This document shows positions 34,592-37,287 of a stretch of DNA of 37,287 nucleotides, piece by piece. Made by a program: the position numbers and the translations under genes. The stretch comes from Mycobacteriaceae bacterium. Lineage in GTDB: Bacteria; Actinomycetota; Actinomycetes; Mycobacteriales; Mycobacteriaceae. Location of the stretch: assembly GCA_013362555.1 (NCBI GenBank), contig JABFVX010000395.1, positions 1-37,287 on the forward strand, written 5' to 3'. Every line of letters begins with the position of its first letter. Position 1 is the stretch's first letter. Below the pieces are notes generated by a model. It was not told where the DNA came from. It saw only the letters and a program-made list of their open reading frames with translations, and did not search any database.

Positions 34592-34597
34592 CCCTTG

Positions 34598-34652
34598 AAT
34601 CCAGAATGACCCGTGAAGTGCGTCTATCGCACTTCACGGGTCATTTTGGATT
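34598..34652. repeat. Family-1 palindromic repeat (25-bp arms, 1 mismatch)
   Basis: Sequence is aatccagaatgacccgtgaagtgcg-tctat-cgcacttcacgggtcattttggatt. It starts 6 nt after the purM stop. Confidence 0.9.
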
Positions 34653-34768
34653 TCGGGAGACCGTGTCAGTCCGCGGGATTCGGCAGGCGCAGGGTAGGCC
34701 AGTGCCAATAGACCCCGTGGCCGGGTGCGGTCACGGGGTGTCTGGTCGGGGAGGGCTCCCGGCGCGGG

Positions 34769-34981
34769 TCAGCGGCGCCAGTCGTCTTCGTCGTCCTCTT
34801 TTTCCCAGCGGGACTTTTCGCGGTCGTCGTCGGCGGACAGCAGGCCGCCGCGGCCCCCGGGACCACTGCCGGAGCTGGTGGACAGCTCCCGTTGCAGGCT
34901 CTCGAAGTCCGTTGTCGGCGAGCTGTACTTCAGCTCGCGAGCGACCTTGGTCTGTTTAGCCTTAGCCCGGCCTCGACCCAT
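34769..34981 (-). CDS. DUF3073 domain protein (70 aa)
   Basis: Same frame as ORF 34769..35110(-). ATG at 34981 gives MGRGRAKAKQTKVARELKYSSPTTDFESLQRELS...DDEDDWRR, the typical DUF3073 sequence found next to purM in actinobacteria. Confidence 0.8.
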   Translation of the reverse strand: MGRGRAKAKQTKVARELKYSSPTTDFESLQRELSTSSGSGPGGRGGLLSADDDREKSRWEKEDDEDDWRR

Positions 34982-35189
34982 GGGGCTACCCCCTCGCGCT
35001 TCTGCGGGGCGGCCAGGGGAAGGCGGCGGCCCCGTTTCGATTAAGTATCTTCCTACTACACACCTTAGCGTGCCGATCGTAGTCTTGCGCCAAGGAGTCC
35101 ACGACAACATCGCCCCCGAGCTTGGGAGGCGGACCGTTTGCCCTGGACAGCCTGCTCCGAGCCAATCCGCCGTGCAAAAACGTTGTGTT

Positions 35190-36158
35190 TTACAGCACGC
35201 CGGGGATCACTCGAATTGAGCCGACTGGTCTGCTTCCGCCGAGAACGGGGGTTTCGGCCATTGCCGCCAGCCCATCGGTCCACGGCGCCCCGATCCGGCG
35301 CAGCAACGCCGCGGTGAGCGGCACTCGGGCCCGGTCGTGCCCGTCGTCGAGCTTGTAGGCGAACGTGGCGCCGTCGGGCAGCGCGCCCGCGTGCACGCCG
35401 TCGGCCCCGATCTTGCAGAACAAGCCGGGAGTGGCCGTCATCAGCCGCTCGTCGGGCGCATCCGTGCCCGAGATGAGCCGGGGGTGGGCCCGCACCGCGT
35501 CGGCGACCCGGCGCTGCGGGAGATCCGGTGTCGCGGTGACGAATCGGGCGTAAGCGCGGGCCAGGTTGGTCAGTGAGACCGGCACGATGGGCAGCCCGCA
35601 GCCGTCGACGCCGAGGGCGTCCGAGCCGCTCGCCTGGCCGGTGAGCTCGGCGATCGTCTCGATCACGACCTTCTGCAGCGGGTGCCCCGGTTCCAGGTAG
35701 CCCGCCACCGGCCAGTCGTTGTGCAGGCAGGCGGCCAGCATGGCGGCGTGCTTTCCGGAACAGTTCATGTAGATCCGCGCCGGGCCGGTGGCGGTGACGG
35801 CAGCGGCCCGGGCGGATTCGGCCAACGGCAGATCGGGCGGGCAGCCGAGCAGATCTTCGGCCACCCCGTGCCGCTCCATCAGGCGTCGCACCAGCCGGAT
35901 GTGTTCGGGCTCGCCGTAGTGCGACGCGGCGACGATGGCGAGCTCGGCCGCGTCCACCGGCTCGAAGCCGCAGCGCAGCAGCGCCAGCGCCTGCATCGGC
36001 TTGTTGGTCGAGCGCGGGAAGATCGGAGCGTGCACCGCGCCGAGCTCCAGCTCAGCCGTTCCGTCCGGCCGCAGTATCACCGCCGACCCGCGGTGCACGC
36101 ACTCCCGGAACCCGGACCGGACCACCTCGACGAGTTCGACGCTCACGTCCCCATCCAA
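35190..36158 (-). CDS. Asparaginase (asparaginase-II / PF06089-type)
   Basis: ORF 35190..36158(-). It has VVRSGFRECVHRGSAVIL, FPRSTNKPMQAL, ASHYGEPEH and NCSGKHAAMLA. The track start is TTG at 36158; GTG at 36146 is an alternative. Confidence 0.8.
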   Translation of the reverse strand: MDGDVSVELVEVVRSGFRECVHRGSAVILRPDGTAELELGAVHAPIFPRSTNKPMQALALLRCGFEPVDAAELAIVAASHYGEPEHIRLVRRLMERHGVAEDLLGCPPDLPLAESARAAAVTATGPARIYMNCSGKHAAMLAACLHNDWPVAGYLEPGHPLQKVVIETIAELTGQASGSDALGVDGCGLPIVPVSLTNLARAYARFVTATPDLPQRRVADAVRAHPRLISGTDAPDERLMTATPGLFCKIGADGVHAGALPDGATFAYKLDDGHDRARVPLTAALLRRIGAPWTDGLAAMAETPVLGGSRPVGSIRVIPGVL

Positions 36159-36185
36159 CCCCAGGGTCCGGACTGCGTCCTTCGT

Positions 36186-36857
36186 TCACTCCGTTTGAAG
36201 GGAGGGCGCGTTGTGAAGGGAGGACGCGTTCAGGATCCTGAGGTGGCGGTCGATTTGGCGGATCACGTCGTCGGAGACGGTGGGCTCTTCGGTGCGGAGG
36301 CGGTGGAGGCGGTCCGGGTCGGCTCCGGTGAACAGGTCGCGGACGGTGATGCCGTGCGCGGGAGTGTGGACGATGCGGACCGCGTCCCCGGCGCGGACCG
36401 TGCCGGGGACGCGGACGCGGAAGTAGGCGCCGGTGTCGGAGCGCAGGGTGAAGCGTTTCACCCACTGCTGCTCGCCGGTCCAGTTCTGGAAGGTCGCGCA
36501 GGGCACGCGCGGCGCGGAGACCTCGAGCAGCACGTCGCCGATCGCCCAGTGGGCGCCGAAAACCGCGTCGCTCACCGGGAGTCCGCTGATGCGCAGATTC
36601 TCCCCGAACCAGCCCGCAGGCACCGGCCTGCCCAGTTCCGAGCTCCAGCGCTGGGCGTCTTCCTCGGCGTATGCGTAAACGGCCTGGTGCACGCCGCCGT
36701 GGTGCTTGGTGTCGCAGACGTGGTCGCCCGCCGGTCCGAGTTCGCGAATCTCCACCGGCCCGTCGACCGGCCGCTTGTCGATGGCCGAACGGAGGTTCCG
36801 CTTGCCGAGGTCGTGCTCGGTGTGGACGATGCACACCGCCTCGAGGATGCCGGGCAC
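36186..36857 (-). CDS. MOSC domain-containing protein
   Basis: It is the lower part of track ORF 36186..37181(-). GTG at 36857 is preceded by GAAGGAGGAAACC. It has HGGVHQAVYAY, GENLRISGL and PRVPCATF. Confidence 0.82.
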   Translation of the reverse strand: MPGILEAVCIVHTEHDLGKRNLRSAIDKRPVDGPVEIRELGPAGDHVCDTKHHGGVHQAVYAYAEEDAQRWSSELGRPVPAGWFGENLRISGLPVSDAVFGAHWAIGDVLLEVSAPRVPCATFQNWTGEQQWVKRFTLRSDTGAYFRVRVPGTVRAGDAVRIVHTPAHGITVRDLFTGADPDRLHRLRTEEPTVSDDVIRQIDRHLRILNASSLHNAPSLQTE

Positions 36858-36895
36858 GGTTTCCTCCTTCGAATGGATCCGTACACCAGAACCGG

Positions 36896-37287
36896 CTATG
36901 AGCGCCCGGGTATTCCGCGCAGCCGCTCGACCGCGAGCCTGCCGGCCTGGACGCCGTCGTGGGCCGGGATCGAATCCGGGTCGATGGCCGCGGCGCACGG
37001 ACCCGCGGTCAGCGCGGTGTCCGCCGCGACGGTGCGTTTGACCAGCGCGGCCGCGATCGGGCCCAGCTCGTAATGGTCCACCACCGTGCCGACCCGGCCG
37101 ACGGCGCGGGCGGTCGCGAGTACCTGGTCCCCGGTGACCGGCCTGCCGTCGGCGCGGGCGGCCTCTTGTACTTGGTCCCACACGGTGCCTGCCCGGTTGC
37201 AGGCGCGGGCGGTCGCGAGTACTTGGTCCCCCACGGTGCCTGCCCGGTCGCCGGCGCGGGCGGTCGCGAGTACCTGGTCCCCGGTGA
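36896..37287 (-). CDS. YgfZ/CAF17-like folate-binding Fe-S assembly protein; the 5' end runs off the right edge
   Basis: Same frame as ORF 36896..37234(-), and open to the window edge by my translation. The C-terminus VGRVGTVVDHYELGPIAAALVKRTVAADTAL...DGVQAGRLAVERLRG matches the conserved tail of actinobacterial YgfZ-like proteins. That family sits after the DUF3073 gene in mycobacteria. Confidence 0.6.
   Translation of the reverse strand, partial: TGDQVLATARAGDRAGTVGDQVLATARACNRAGTVWDQVQEAARADGRPVTGDQVLATARAVGRVGTVVDHYELGPIAAALVKRTVAADTALTAGPCAAAIDPDSIPAHDGVQAGRLAVERLRGIPGRS
37085..37287 (-). repeat. In-frame tandem repeat (51, 48, 51 and at least 53 bp units) inside the YgfZ-like CDS
   Basis: The motif ggcgcgggcgg recurs at 37103, 37151, 37202 and 37253. 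The encoded units are GDQVLATARAVGRVGTV, WDQVQEAARADGRPVT, GDQVLATARACNRAGTV and TGDQVLATARAGDRAGTV. The array is cut by the window edge. Confidence 0.85.

Noticed and set aside
35040-35190. The lower-GC stretch and the AAAAC/GTTTT inverted repeat between the asparaginase stop and the DUF3073 start, as a possible sRNA or terminator.
   Set aside because: The stem is short and AU-rich, with alternative pairings. The region is most simply the long 5' UTR and promoter of the DUF3073 gene plus a weak terminator. I could not find a distinctive motif to support a separate feature.
1-37287. Mobile genetic element, prophage, defence island or biosynthetic gene cluster.
   Set aside because: I recognised no transposase, integrase, recombinase, phage structural gene, toxin-antitoxin pair, restriction enzyme, cas gene, PKS/NRPS or tRNA attachment site in any frame. 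Gene content is conserved core metabolism with mycobacterial-like synteny. The only mobile-like features are the short non-autonomous repeats.

Overview
High-GC (about 70%) actinobacterial chromosome. By gene content and order it is Mycobacteriales, most like Nocardia; that assignment is inference. The window is mostly conserved core. It resembles, from memory, the M. tuberculosis phoPR to purM region (Rv0757 to about Rv0811c). I support 33 protein genes. These are a translationally coupled GT39 plus GT2/GtrA glycosylation pair, phoP-phoR, a HIT protein, neutral ceramidase, a TetR-controlled oxidoreductase cluster, purS-purQ, purL, purF and purM. purF and purM are separated by a Dpp/Opp-type ABC importer. 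The rest are small housekeeping genes (DegV, YczE-like, FadD-like, M18 aminopeptidase, DUF2218, DUF3073, asparaginase, MOSC, YgfZ-like). I saw no rRNA, tRNA, CRISPR array, transposase or phage gene.

Many long ORFs in the six-frame track are Arg/Pro/Gly-rich shadow frames or N-terminal over-extensions. I re-derived starts from overlaps (ATGA/GTGA), SD sequences and homolog N-termini.

The unusual content lies outside the proteins. (1) There are 13 copies of three families of long palindromic intergenic repeats, and 11 of the 13 lie within 13 nt of a stop codon. Arm substitutions are compensated within individual copies. One perfect 79-bp palindrome supplies the stop codons of two convergent genes. 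(2) A structured 75-bp module sits in the loop of two family-1 hairpins, once at one locus and twice in tandem at the other. (3) About 190 bp upstream of purL is low-GC and strongly structured, and is a candidate sRNA. (4) A 23-codon hydrophobic sORF with a very good SD lies downstream of the ceramidase gene. (5) An in-frame 48-51 bp tandem repeat in the YgfZ-like gene runs off the right edge. None of these could be checked against databases here.
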